Positions 29,170 to 37,637 of a DNA stretch of 50,099 nt are shown here, one piece after another (positions within the stretch are counted from its first letter, which is position 1; the number at the start of each line of letters is the position of its first letter). The DNA comes from Verrucomicrobiota bacterium. Lineage in GTDB: Bacteria; Verrucomicrobiota; Verrucomicrobiia; Limisphaerales; SXQI01. The position numbers and the translations under genes were made by a program. The DNA lies in NCBI GenBank assembly GCA_033762115.1, contig JANRLX010000074.1, positions 1-50,099 of the forward strand, in the 5' to 3' direction. A model generated the notes under the pieces. It was not told the origin of the DNA and did not search any database. It saw only the letters and a list, made by a program, of their open reading frames with translations.

Positions 29170-30666
29170 ATGATCTTAACTGAAGTTGCCAATCCCGAGC
29201 AGCAGATGCAGGAATATCCAAAACATTATTGCGGTGTCTTCGGCATTTACAATCATCCGAATGCAGCTGAACTGACTTATTTCGGACTTTATGCGTTGCA
29301 ACATCGGGGGCAGGAAAGCGCCGGAATCGTCACTTATGATGGAAACCAATTTTACACTCATAAAGGGATGGGATTGGTCCCCCAGATTTTCCATTCGGAC
29401 GTTCTCGCCAGCCTGAAGGGAAGGATGGCGGTGGGGCACACCCGTTATTCCACCACAGGGTCATCCCATCTCCGGAATGCCCAACCGTTAACAGTGGATT
29501 GTTCTCGAGGACAGATTGCCATTGCTCATAACGGAAATCTGACAAACGCTTCCGTCCTGAGGGAAGAACTGGAAGCGAAAGGCTCCATTTTTCAAACAAC
29601 AGTCGATAGTGAAATCATTCTTCATTTGATGGCCCAGCCGAGTCTGGGAGGTCATGAAAACAATTTGATCGAAACTGTGCGTCGAATCGAAGGAGCCTAC
29701 AGCCTCGTGATCATGACCGAACAGGAGCTTATTGGAGTTCGTGATCCGCACGGGTTTCGTCCTCTTTCAATCGGAAAAGTGGGGGATGCCTATGTGTTAT
29801 CGAGCGAGACCTGTGTCTTTGATTTGATCAATGCAGAATTTGTCCGAGATGTTGTCCCTGGTGAGATCGTTATTATTAACAAGCAGGGCCTGCGGAGCAT
29901 TCAGGCATTTCCAGAAAATAAACGGAGCGCTTTTTGCATTTTTGAATACGTTTACTTCGCGCGTCCCGACAGCAATATTTCAAACCGCAATGTCTATCAG
30001 GTGCGTGTTGAAATGGGGCGGCAACTGGCCCGCGAAAATCAAATTGATGCTGATATTGTTGTGCCTGTGCCAGACAGTGGCAATTGCGCTGCGCTCGGGT
30101 ATTCCCTGGAATCAGGCGTTCCATTTGAAATGGCCTTTGTGAGGAACCATTATGTAGGCCGGAGTTTTCTTCAGCCTTCACAACTCATTCGCGATTTCAA
30201 TGTTCGGGTAAAGCTCAACCTGATCGGTGAACTGGTTCGGGGCAAAAAGGTCATCATTGTAGATGATTCCATCGTGCGTGGCACCACAAGCAAAACTCGT
30301 GTTAACAGCTTGAAAGAGGCAGGCGCGAAGGAAGTCCATGTCCTGGTGAGCTGCCCTCCCCATATGCATCCGTGCGTTTATGGGATCGATTTTCCTGATC
30401 GAAGCAAATTAATGGCGGCCAACCATTCTCTTGATGAGATTCGGCAATATCTGGATGCAGATTCTCTTGCCTATCTCACAATCGATGGAATGGTCAAGGC
30501 AACCGGGCATCCAAAGTCTCACTTTTGCATGGCTTGTTATAATGGAGACTATCCAGTGCCATACGATCCTCTCGTTGATAAGCATATCATGGAGCGACGT
30601 CGCAAACGGACTGAAAGTCTGGGGGAGGCTTTGAAAAAAGAAGAGCTTCAGCCAAAGCTTCTCTAA
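29170..30666 (+). CDS. purF: Amidophosphoribosyltransferase PurF
   Basis: Propeptide then CGVFG, LQHRGQE, VDDSIVRGTT, Fe-S cysteines (CIFE, PCVYG, CMAC); alternative start at 29206. Confidence 0.97.
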   Translation: MILTEVANPEQQMQEYPKHYCGVFGIYNHPNAAELTYFGLYALQHRGQESAGIVTYDGNQFYTHKGMGLVPQIFHSDVLASLKGRMAVGHTRYSTTGSSHLRNAQPLTVDCSRGQIAIAHNGNLTNASVLREELEAKGSIFQTTVDSEIILHLMAQPSLGGHENNLIETVRRIEGAYSLVIMTEQELIGVRDPHGFRPLSIGKVGDAYVLSSETCVFDLINAEFVRDVVPGEIVIINKQGLRSIQAFPENKRSAFCIFEYVYFARPDSNISNRNVYQVRVEMGRQLARENQIDADIVVPVPDSGNCAALGYSLESGVPFEMAFVRNHYVGRSFLQPSQLIRDFNVRVKLNLIGELVRGKKVIIVDDSIVRGTTSKTRVNSLKEAGAKEVHVLVSCPPHMHPCVYGIDFPDRSKLMAANHSLDEIRQYLDADSLAYLTIDGMVKATGHPKSHFCMACYNGDYPVPYDPLVDKHIMERRRKRTESLGEALKKEELQPKLL

Positions 30667-30699
30667 ATCCACTCAATCTGGCAGGATGAGCTTTCGTTT

Positions 30700-31962
30700 A
30701 TGAAAGTGAAACTTGCCTATGGACAGGGGCATCTGCCGGTGGAATTGCCGGATGATCGCACTACCGTCATTGAACCAAGCCATAACCCTGCGCTGGCTAA
30801 TGAAAAAGAAGCGGTTCTTCAAGGGCTTTCCTCACCAATAGCAACCAGGCCTTTAAAGCAGTGGATTAACTCGGCCAGCCGCATCTGCATTGCTTTTACC
30901 GACATTACCAGGGCAACGCCGAACCATCGAATTATTCCCTGGCTGCTGGAATATTTGGCTGATTTCCCTCGTGAAAACATCACACTTTTAAATCAATTGG
31001 GCACTCACCGACCCAATACTCAGGCTGAACTGGAGCAACTACTCACGCCTGAGGTGGTGCGGAACTATCGCGTGATCAATCATGAACCTGAAAATGATGC
31101 TGCGATGGTGCAACTTGGGAGCACAAGAGACGGAACCCCGGCGTTAATTAATCGGCACCTTGTCGAAGCAGATGTCCGAATTATCACCGGATTTATCGAG
31201 CCACATTTTTTTGCCGGATTTAGTGGTGGCCCAAAAGGTATCATGCCAGGTGTTGCAGGATTAAGGACTGTTATGAGCAACCACGGCGCTCACAATATCG
31301 GCGATCCAAAAGCAGCCTTTGGAATCACTTATGGGAACCCAATTTGGGATGAAATCCGGGAAATCGCCTTGAGGGTAGGTCCAAGCTTTCTGCTGAACGT
31401 CACTTTGAATGAGCAACGCGGCATTACCGGTGTCTTTGCCGGGGACCTGATTGAAGCTCATCGCACAGGTTATGAGTTTGTCCGGAAATCAGCGATGCAA
31501 AAGGTCAAGCAACCGTTTGAAATCGTGATTACGACAAACAGTGGCTACCCACTGGACATGAATCTGTACCAGGGTGTGAAGGGAATGAGTGCTGCGGCAC
31601 GCATTGTGCAGGAAAACGGCACGATCATTCTAGCATGTGAATGTCGTGAAGGCGTTCCTGCTGGCAGTCCTTTGGATCGATTGCTTCGTGAGGCAAAAAG
31701 TTCCGCTGAAATCCTGACGATGCTCTCAACGCCAGGCTTTGTCCGTCCTGAACAGTGGCAGGCCCAAATACAAGCTCTCATTCAAAGGAGGGCAAAAGTT
31801 CTTGTTCATAGTTCCTTGCCCGATGAAATTATCCGAGCGGCGCATCTGGAACCGTGTGGGGAAATTTCGGCAGCCGTGGCAAATCTTTTGAAAGGGCTTC
31901 CCGCCGAAGCGCGCATTGCGGTTCTTCCGCAAGGTCCACTCACTATTCCATATCTTGCCTAA
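30700..31962 (+). CDS. larA: LarA-family nickel-pincer-dependent lactate racemase/alpha-hydroxy-acid epimerase
   Basis: DITRATP, LGTHR, PHFFAGFSGGPKGIMPG, NLYQGVKGM. Confidence 0.88.
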   Translation: MKVKLAYGQGHLPVELPDDRTTVIEPSHNPALANEKEAVLQGLSSPIATRPLKQWINSASRICIAFTDITRATPNHRIIPWLLEYLADFPRENITLLNQLGTHRPNTQAELEQLLTPEVVRNYRVINHEPENDAAMVQLGSTRDGTPALINRHLVEADVRIITGFIEPHFFAGFSGGPKGIMPGVAGLRTVMSNHGAHNIGDPKAAFGITYGNPIWDEIREIALRVGPSFLLNVTLNEQRGITGVFAGDLIEAHRTGYEFVRKSAMQKVKQPFEIVITTNSGYPLDMNLYQGVKGMSAAARIVQENGTIILACECREGVPAGSPLDRLLREAKSSAEILTMLSTPGFVRPEQWQAQIQALIQRRAKVLVHSSLPDEIIRAAHLEPCGEISAAVANLLKGLPAEARIAVLPQGPLTIPYLA

Positions 31963-32683
31963 GTTTTGGGTCATATGGTGGATGGTTTACTGCGGAACGC
32001 ATTGGTTAAATGCGAACGCAGAAACGTACCTTAAAACCAGCGATTACAAGATTGAAACAGTAGAAGGATTTTCTGTTCATTGGTCTCCCGAATTTCAAGG
32101 TCAGGAGAAACTCCAGGAAGCAGTTCGCAGCGAAATCCAGGGCCAGCTTAAAGTGGCAGGTAAGATGTTACCAAAAACTGCCTTTGTGAAGCTCCTGGGA
32201 ATCCGCTTCTGGGTTGAGACTGCTGCAAAAACCAACGGGGCAGCTGAATATCACACTTCTCTCGGGTGGCTGCGGGAGAACAGCTACAATCCAGACAAAG
32301 AATTCGGCATAGAAATTTCCAATGCGACCAATTTCCTGTCATGGTCTTCTACCGATCAGCCAAGCATGCTTCTCCATGAATTGGCGCATGCTTATCATGA
32401 TCGTGTTTTAGGCTGGTCCAACAGCGCAGTTAAAGCCGCTTATCAGAATGCTTTAAGTTCAAAATTGTATGACAAGGTATGTCGTCAGGGAGGCGGGATC
32501 GAGAGAGCATACGCCCTGGTGGATGAGAGGGAGTATTTCTCGGAACTAACTGAAGCTTATTTCGGCAAAAATGATTTCTTCCCATTCATCCGTTCTGAAT
32601 TGGAAAAGCATGATCCAATCGGGTTTAAGCTAATACAGAAATCCTGGGGTGATCCAGTATCCGTAACTGATGAGGATCAGTAA
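31955..32683 (+). CDS. Exported zinc metallopeptidase (HExxH gluzincin-like)
   Basis: LLHELAHAYH and EYFSELTEAYF; TTG start at 31955 gives a signal-like N-terminus ending ANA. Confidence 0.8.
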   Translation: MPKFWVIWWMVYCGTHWLNANAETYLKTSDYKIETVEGFSVHWSPEFQGQEKLQEAVRSEIQGQLKVAGKMLPKTAFVKLLGIRFWVETAAKTNGAAEYHTSLGWLRENSYNPDKEFGIEISNATNFLSWSSTDQPSMLLHELAHAYHDRVLGWSNSAVKAAYQNALSSKLYDKVCRQGGGIERAYALVDEREYFSELTEAYFGKNDFFPFIRSELEKHDPIGFKLIQKSWGDPVSVTDEDQ

Positions 32684-32710
32684 GAGGTTTTTGAGCTCCT
32701 GCCCCTGAAA

Positions 32711-33628
32711 TTAGACTAACCCCTCCAGGATTGTGGGCAGTCGGTCCAGACTGCGTTGCAAGGCTGCACGAGCAATCGAGCGTTCGGTCTTGGCAGAACC
32801 TGGGAAAAGGATGTTCCAGCCGGAAGCATTCAGCCAATCAGCTTCCGCAACGGGTTCATTGGTTCCTGAATCGCCGATTCCAGCATGTCGTACAAGCAGA
32901 TCCGCAATCTGGACTGACGCCACGATGTTGGCATATTCGGGAGCCGCTTCGGGATTATGGTGATACTTGGAAGTAATCACCATGACACGAGGCAGATGAT
33001 GATGCTCAAGGTAAATGGCTCCCAATTCGGTATGGTCCATGCCAAGTACTTCCAGCTCAATCGCCCGGCGATTGCCACCTTCTTGTTTTACTCGGCGATA
33101 GATTTCTGCAAAAGCCTCGGGAAAAGCGGAAGCCATGACAATTTTACCCACATCATGAATCAGCCCCGCAACATAATCCGCTTCATCGGTCACCTGACCA
33201 ATGACGTTACCCACCTCGCGAGTCAGGATCGCTGTGGCAATGCAATGTTGCCAGAAGGGTCTCCATGGAAATTGAGCTTTGCCCGCAAGTTTCTGAAAAT
33301 CCTCAATGATAGGGGTGACCATCGATAATTGTCGAATCTGGCGAACCCCCAGGTAAAAAACCGCCTCCTCAATGCTGTTCACAGGGGTCGTGAGACCATA
33401 GTAGACGGAGTTTACGAGACGAAGGAGTCGGGCGGTCAAACTGGGGTCTCGGCGGATAACCTCTGAAATTTGGGCAGTGTAACGTTGATCCGCGTTCAGC
33501 AGTTCGCGAAGAGCGCTTTCAATGCTCCTAAGCGAAGGGAGGCGGGCGCATCCCTGTACGCGCGTTTCGATTTGGCTGCGGCTGAGTGTTTTGTACTCGA
33601 ATACGGGAACTGCTAAATCCTGACTCAT
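32711..33628 (-). CDS. Stand-alone HDOD domain signalling protein
   Basis: DPSLTARLLRLVNS, FWQHC, GLIHDVGK, DHTELGA, HHNP. Confidence 0.92.
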   Translation of the reverse strand: MSQDLAVPVFEYKTLSRSQIETRVQGCARLPSLRSIESALRELLNADQRYTAQISEVIRRDPSLTARLLRLVNSVYYGLTTPVNSIEEAVFYLGVRQIRQLSMVTPIIEDFQKLAGKAQFPWRPFWQHCIATAILTREVGNVIGQVTDEADYVAGLIHDVGKIVMASAFPEAFAEIYRRVKQEGGNRRAIELEVLGMDHTELGAIYLEHHHLPRVMVITSKYHHNPEAAPEYANIVASVQIADLLVRHAGIGDSGTNEPVAEADWLNASGWNILFPGSAKTERSIARAALQRSLDRLPTILEGLV

Positions 33629-33638
33629 TACAACGTTT

Positions 33639-33665
33639 AAATCGGCATGGGTGTCAAAAAGTTAA
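33639..33665 (-). promoter_or_regulatory. Sigma28 promoter of the HDOD gene
   Basis: Minus strand TTAA-N15-GCCGATTT versus consensus TAAA-N15-GCCGATAA. Confidence 0.72.
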
Positions 33666-33678
33666 GCCCTATTTTTTC

Positions 33679-33705
33679 TCAAGTTAACAAAGCGCCTGCC
33701 GATGG
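33679..33705 (+). promoter_or_regulatory. Sigma28 promoter of the cheX operon
   Basis: TCAA-N15-GCCGATGG. Confidence 0.75.
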
Positions 33706-33714
33706 AAAAAGTGC

Positions 33715-34191
33715 ATGATCGATGAGCTTGAAAGGCTGGTTGGAGGTGCCGTCACAGAGGTGTTCGGTACCATGCTCAACTTCCAGGTCAGTTCTGAGCC
33801 TCCGGGATGCGTCAAAAACGGGGAGACGCATGTGGCGGGTTCTGTGGGATTTGTCGGAACGTTAAACGGGATCGTTTATGTCTATTCAGGAGCTTCGTTC
33901 GCGCGAAGGCTGACCGGGAGTCTTTTAGGATTGAAGGAAAACGAAATTATTGGGGAAGAGATGGTTGATGATGCAATTGGTGAACTCACGAACATGATCG
34001 TGGGTCATGTGAAATCCAGACTTTCTGACAAGGGACATCGTTGCAACCTTACCATACCGAGCACCATTCGGGGCGAACACCTGAGCGTTGGCCGCGTCAG
34101 CGCCACTGAACGACGCGTTCTTTTTTATTCCTGCGACGGCAGTCAATTAGTCGTTGAGTTAATCATGAAGCCAGTGAAGTCCGCAGTTTGA
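33715..34191 (+). CDS. cheX: CheX-family phosphatase
   Basis: GSVGFVG..G..Y; DAIGELTNMIVG (catalytic E-x2-N); LTIPSTIRG. Confidence 0.88.
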   Translation: MIDELERLVGGAVTEVFGTMLNFQVSSEPPGCVKNGETHVAGSVGFVGTLNGIVYVYSGASFARRLTGSLLGLKENEIIGEEMVDDAIGELTNMIVGHVKSRLSDKGHRCNLTIPSTIRGEHLSVGRVSATERRVLFYSCDGSQLVVELIMKPVKSAV

Positions 34192-34193
34192 CT

Positions 34194-35336
34194 ATGAAAC
34201 GTAAGATTTTGACAGTTGATGACAGCAAGACGATCCGGATGATTGTCGCGAAAGCGTTTAAGCCGTTTGACTGCGAGGTTTTGGAAGCTTCCAATGGCGT
34301 CGAAGGACTTGCCATCGCCGGAATGGAGAAACCTGACCTGCTCATTCTTGACCTGACCATGCCGATCATGGATGGCGTGGAGATGCTTGGCCGCTTCAAA
34401 ACAAACCCTGAACTCAAGACGATTCCGGTAATCATGCTTACCGCAGAAGCCGGGCGTGAGAATGTAATCAAAATTGCAAAAATGGGAGTTCGGGATTATC
34501 TGGTCAAACCGTTCAAGGAAGAGGTTTTGGCAGAAAGAGTGTGCCGGATTATCGACTTGAAGAAGATCGAAAATGGGCCCAAAACCAAACGCTTTGATGA
34601 TCCTTTGCAAATATTGGTTGTCGATGACAAACCGGCAATTCATGAGCAGATTCGATTGGGTCTCTCTGAAACGCGCTGGACGGTGACCGGTTGTGTTTCG
34701 AGCGAAGAAGCCGCTGTGTTTCCAGGTGCCCTCCCGGATATTATCCTGGTGAGCCTTTCTCTTCCCGAGAACGCTGCGCTGACCTTTTTTCATAGTGTTA
34801 AAGCGAATCCCAGAACGAAGAACATTCCCGTATTTGGCCTTTGTGTGAAGACTGCGGTGGATGATCAGTCCCGTGCGCAGCAAAGCGGGTTTGCAGGGGT
34901 GATCACAAAACCGATTGATTACGAAGATTTGAAAGGAAAAATCTCCCGGGTTCTCAGCCTGGATACCTCTTATCGATACTTCGATTCACATGACAATATC
35001 CTTGTCATCAAGCTCCCGCCGGTTTTGACCCCGCTGATTGCAAATGAAGTCAGCTTGCATTTGCGGACGAAAATCTCTGAAGCAGTGGATTCCGGTTTCG
35101 AGAAAGTCATCATGGATATGAGCCAAACCTTAAAGGCGGATATTACGCTCATTAAAATTGGAATTGAAGTGAGCCAATTATGCCAGGAGCTCTCGTTGAA
35201 ATACCGCATGGTGGGTTCCAACGGGATTTACAACGAATGCAAAAATTACGAGGAAACCAAAGATTGGCGCTTCGAAAAAAGTTTTGAAGAGGCGATTTCG
35301 GCGCTAAGCCCGCAAACGGTTGCGGAGGCGGTTTAA
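34194..35336 (+). CDS. Response regulator: REC + pseudo-REC + STAS-like C-terminal domain
   Basis: REC1 VDDS..LDLTMP..T..KPF intact; REC2 VDDK..VSLSLP..KPI lacks the phospho-Asp; C-terminal VIMDMSQTLKADITLI..SFEEAI. Confidence 0.85.
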   Translation: MKRKILTVDDSKTIRMIVAKAFKPFDCEVLEASNGVEGLAIAGMEKPDLLILDLTMPIMDGVEMLGRFKTNPELKTIPVIMLTAEAGRENVIKIAKMGVRDYLVKPFKEEVLAERVCRIIDLKKIENGPKTKRFDDPLQILVVDDKPAIHEQIRLGLSETRWTVTGCVSSEEAAVFPGALPDIILVSLSLPENAALTFFHSVKANPRTKNIPVFGLCVKTAVDDQSRAQQSGFAGVITKPIDYEDLKGKISRVLSLDTSYRYFDSHDNILVIKLPPVLTPLIANEVSLHLRTKISEAVDSGFEKVIMDMSQTLKADITLIKIGIEVSQLCQELSLKYRMVGSNGIYNECKNYEETKDWRFEKSFEEAISALSPQTVAEAV

Positions 35337-35349
35337 GCGTGGAGCGGAA

Positions 35350-35793
35350 ATGAATCTGCTTGCAACCATAGTTGTAGGAACCATTTTGGCTGGGCCTTTG
35401 GCTGGAGTGGGGAAAGGTTACCTGCCAAGGGTGGGACCTTCGCCTATTCGCTTTGAGTTGCCGACAATCAGGAAGCAGGATTCCCTGCCCCCTCTCGAGA
35501 TGAGTGATCCAGTGGTGGAAGTTCCGTTTCAGTCGGACACGAATATCATCGGGCCGATCATTCCCGATACAATGGTTGCTCCAACTGTGGAGGAATTCAT
35601 TGGACCTCCTGAAAACCCTCCTGTTCCAGCACCGCAGTCCAATATCATTCAGCCAAGTGTGTTTCTGCAATATTTCAATCAGAATGCGAACACCAAAACG
35701 AATCGCGATACCACTGTTGTTTTGCCTTTCGGCTTCAATCCACCTCCCCCTACGCCTCAGCAATCCAGTAGAGCTACATACATTAAAGAGTGA
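35350..35793 (+). CDS. Proline-rich exported hypothetical protein
   Basis: Hydrophobic N-terminus, GYLPRVGPSPIRF, Pro-rich body, ends SSRATYIKE. Confidence 0.7.
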   Translation: MNLLATIVVGTILAGPLAGVGKGYLPRVGPSPIRFELPTIRKQDSLPPLEMSDPVVEVPFQSDTNIIGPIIPDTMVAPTVEEFIGPPENPPVPAPQSNIIQPSVFLQYFNQNANTKTNRDTTVVLPFGFNPPPPTPQQSSRATYIKE

Positions 35794-35800
35794 ATTTTAA

Positions 35801-37141
35801 ATGTTTAACAACACCCTTTTCATTGTTCTGATCCTGGTTGGCGCGTTCGTGCTTAAAGAACGTTCTGCTGTTGCTGACGAGTCGCATCCGGTCGTATCCA
35901 GTACACATTCTCTCCCCGCAACGACTGAAACGAATGATCAGCAAGCCGCTGGTTTTTCGAAGGTGGATAAAAAAGCCACGCCAACAACTTCCATCTCTTT
36001 GACAAACGAAAGATCGGTGCCGACTGAAACGGTTACCAATCAGTACTTGGTCAGCAACACAGCGCTTTTAAGAGAGAAAAAAGCTGCCGAGTACCAGAGC
36101 AAACTGGACCTGGCCAAAAGCCTTCGCGCCGAACGAGAGTACGAACAGGCTGAAAAGCATTTGCGCGGATTAATCGAAGGCGGGGTGCCTCCTGAACTTC
36201 AGCGAGTTGCAATGCTGGAGCTTGCCTATGTTGCGCAGGACAGCCGGCAATTTGCCATGGCGCAACAAATTTATTCAGAGTACGTGCGGCAGTTTTCACA
36301 AGATCCAAGCGTTCCTGAGGTGATCCTTCGCCAGGGGTTATTGTATCGGGATATGGGTGTCTATAACCTTGCCCTCTCCAAGTTCTATGCTGTGATGAGT
36401 TCCTCCCTGTCTCTGAATCTTGATCAGATGGAATATTATCAAAAGCTCGTGCTTAAAGCCCAAACAGAAATTGCCGAGACTTATTACTTACAGGGAAAGT
36501 ACCAGGATGCTGCTGATTTTTTTGGACGTTTGTTAAAGATGGAATCGTCTGCCTTGAATAAAGCCCTGTGTCATTTCAAAGTCATACGCTCGCTTGGTTA
36601 CCTTGGGAAGAATTCAGAACTCGTCGTTCAGGCAGAGTTATTCATTTCGAAGTACGAAGAGTCACAGGATATCCCTGAAGTCCGTTTCTTGCTTGCAGAT
36701 GCCTTAAAAAAGCTGGGTAGAAACAATGATGCCATGAAACAGGTACTTGCCCTTCTGGAAGCTGAATCGTCAAAGGCTGCGTCCAATCCGGAGCTCTGGT
36801 CCTACTGGCAGCAGCGCACTGGCAATGAAATCGCCAATCAGCTTTATAAAGAGGGCGATTACCTGAATGCCCTTGAAATTTATTTGAGCCTGGCCCGATT
36901 GAACACCACCCCACAGTGGCAGCTTCCGGTCTACTATCAGGCGGCATTGGTTTATGAGCATTTGAAGCAGCCGCAGAAGGCAATCGAAACCCTGGATATG
37001 ATTATTTCTCGCCAGAGCGAGGTCAGTAGCAATGCGCCACCAAGTTTGATTGCCCTGTTCGACATGGCCAAATGGCGTAGGCAGTACGTGCAATGGGAAC
37101 AGGGTGCGCACGCTTCCAATACCAATCTGCTTTCAAATTAA
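35801..37141 (+). CDS. Membrane-anchored or exported TPR protein
   Basis: N-terminal hydrophobic helix and several TPR-like repeats (e.g. IAETYYLQGKYQDAADFF). Confidence 0.85.
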   Translation: MFNNTLFIVLILVGAFVLKERSAVADESHPVVSSTHSLPATTETNDQQAAGFSKVDKKATPTTSISLTNERSVPTETVTNQYLVSNTALLREKKAAEYQSKLDLAKSLRAEREYEQAEKHLRGLIEGGVPPELQRVAMLELAYVAQDSRQFAMAQQIYSEYVRQFSQDPSVPEVILRQGLLYRDMGVYNLALSKFYAVMSSSLSLNLDQMEYYQKLVLKAQTEIAETYYLQGKYQDAADFFGRLLKMESSALNKALCHFKVIRSLGYLGKNSELVVQAELFISKYEESQDIPEVRFLLADALKKLGRNNDAMKQVLALLEAESSKAASNPELWSYWQQRTGNEIANQLYKEGDYLNALEIYLSLARLNTTPQWQLPVYYQAALVYEHLKQPQKAIETLDMIISRQSEVSSNAPPSLIALFDMAKWRRQYVQWEQGAHASNTNLLSN

Positions 37142-37165
37142 TCCTGGTTATTTCCTTCGAGTAGA

Positions 37166-37196
37166 TTGACATTTGCCCCGTTTCACCCGCTAGACT
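37166..37196 (+). promoter_or_regulatory. Sigma70-like, probably leaderless promoter of the flgN-like/activator genes
   Basis: TTGACA-N19-TAGACT, then 6 nt to ATG 37203; spacer is longer than optimal. Confidence 0.5.
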
Positions 37197-37202
37197 GCTG
37201 CA

Positions 37203-37631
37203 ATGAATGTGCAGTCGATTTTGAAGGAAGACCTTCAAGCTCATCTTCGCCTTTATCGCGAGATTCTTTCGGTGGTGGAGAGGGAGAGTCATAGCCTTAA
37301 GCAGGCAGAATCGACCTCCTCTGCGGCTTTTGATTTGTTCCAGGCAAAAAAGAATTTGCTTCCCGTCCTTAACGATTCACTGGATAAACTTCGTCAACAC
37401 CGCGCAACCTGGCTGCGACTAGATGCTGCTGAACGTTCCCAGCATCCGGAAATTGCCTCATTGTTGCGACAGAATCAGGACTTGATTATGAAGATCATCG
37501 TGCTGGATCGTGAAAATGAACAGATTCTGCTGCGGCGAGGAATGCTCCCCTCGAAGCATCTCCCCCCTGCAAATCGCCAGAGGCCCCATTTCGTCGCTGA
37601 TTTATATCGTCGCAGTTCTCCCGGAAGCTAA
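37203..37631 (+). CDS. FlgN-like helical protein (putative flagellar export chaperone)
   Basis: LYREILSVVERE..L..KKNLL..I...DRENEQILL pattern resembles FlgN/FliT chaperones. Confidence 0.55.
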   Translation: MNVQSILKEDLQAHLRLYREILSVVERESHSLKQAESTSSAAFDLFQAKKNLLPVLNDSLDKLRQHRATWLRLDAAERSQHPEIASLLRQNQDLIMKIIVLDRENEQILLRRGMLPSKHLPPANRQRPHFVADLYRRSSPGS

Positions 37632-37637
37632 CCTGCC

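Noticed and set aside
27173..29192. Long antisense ORFs over purL (and similar ones over flhA, fliF and the response regulator)
   Set aside because: Shadow frames of well-conserved genes with no recognisable motifs
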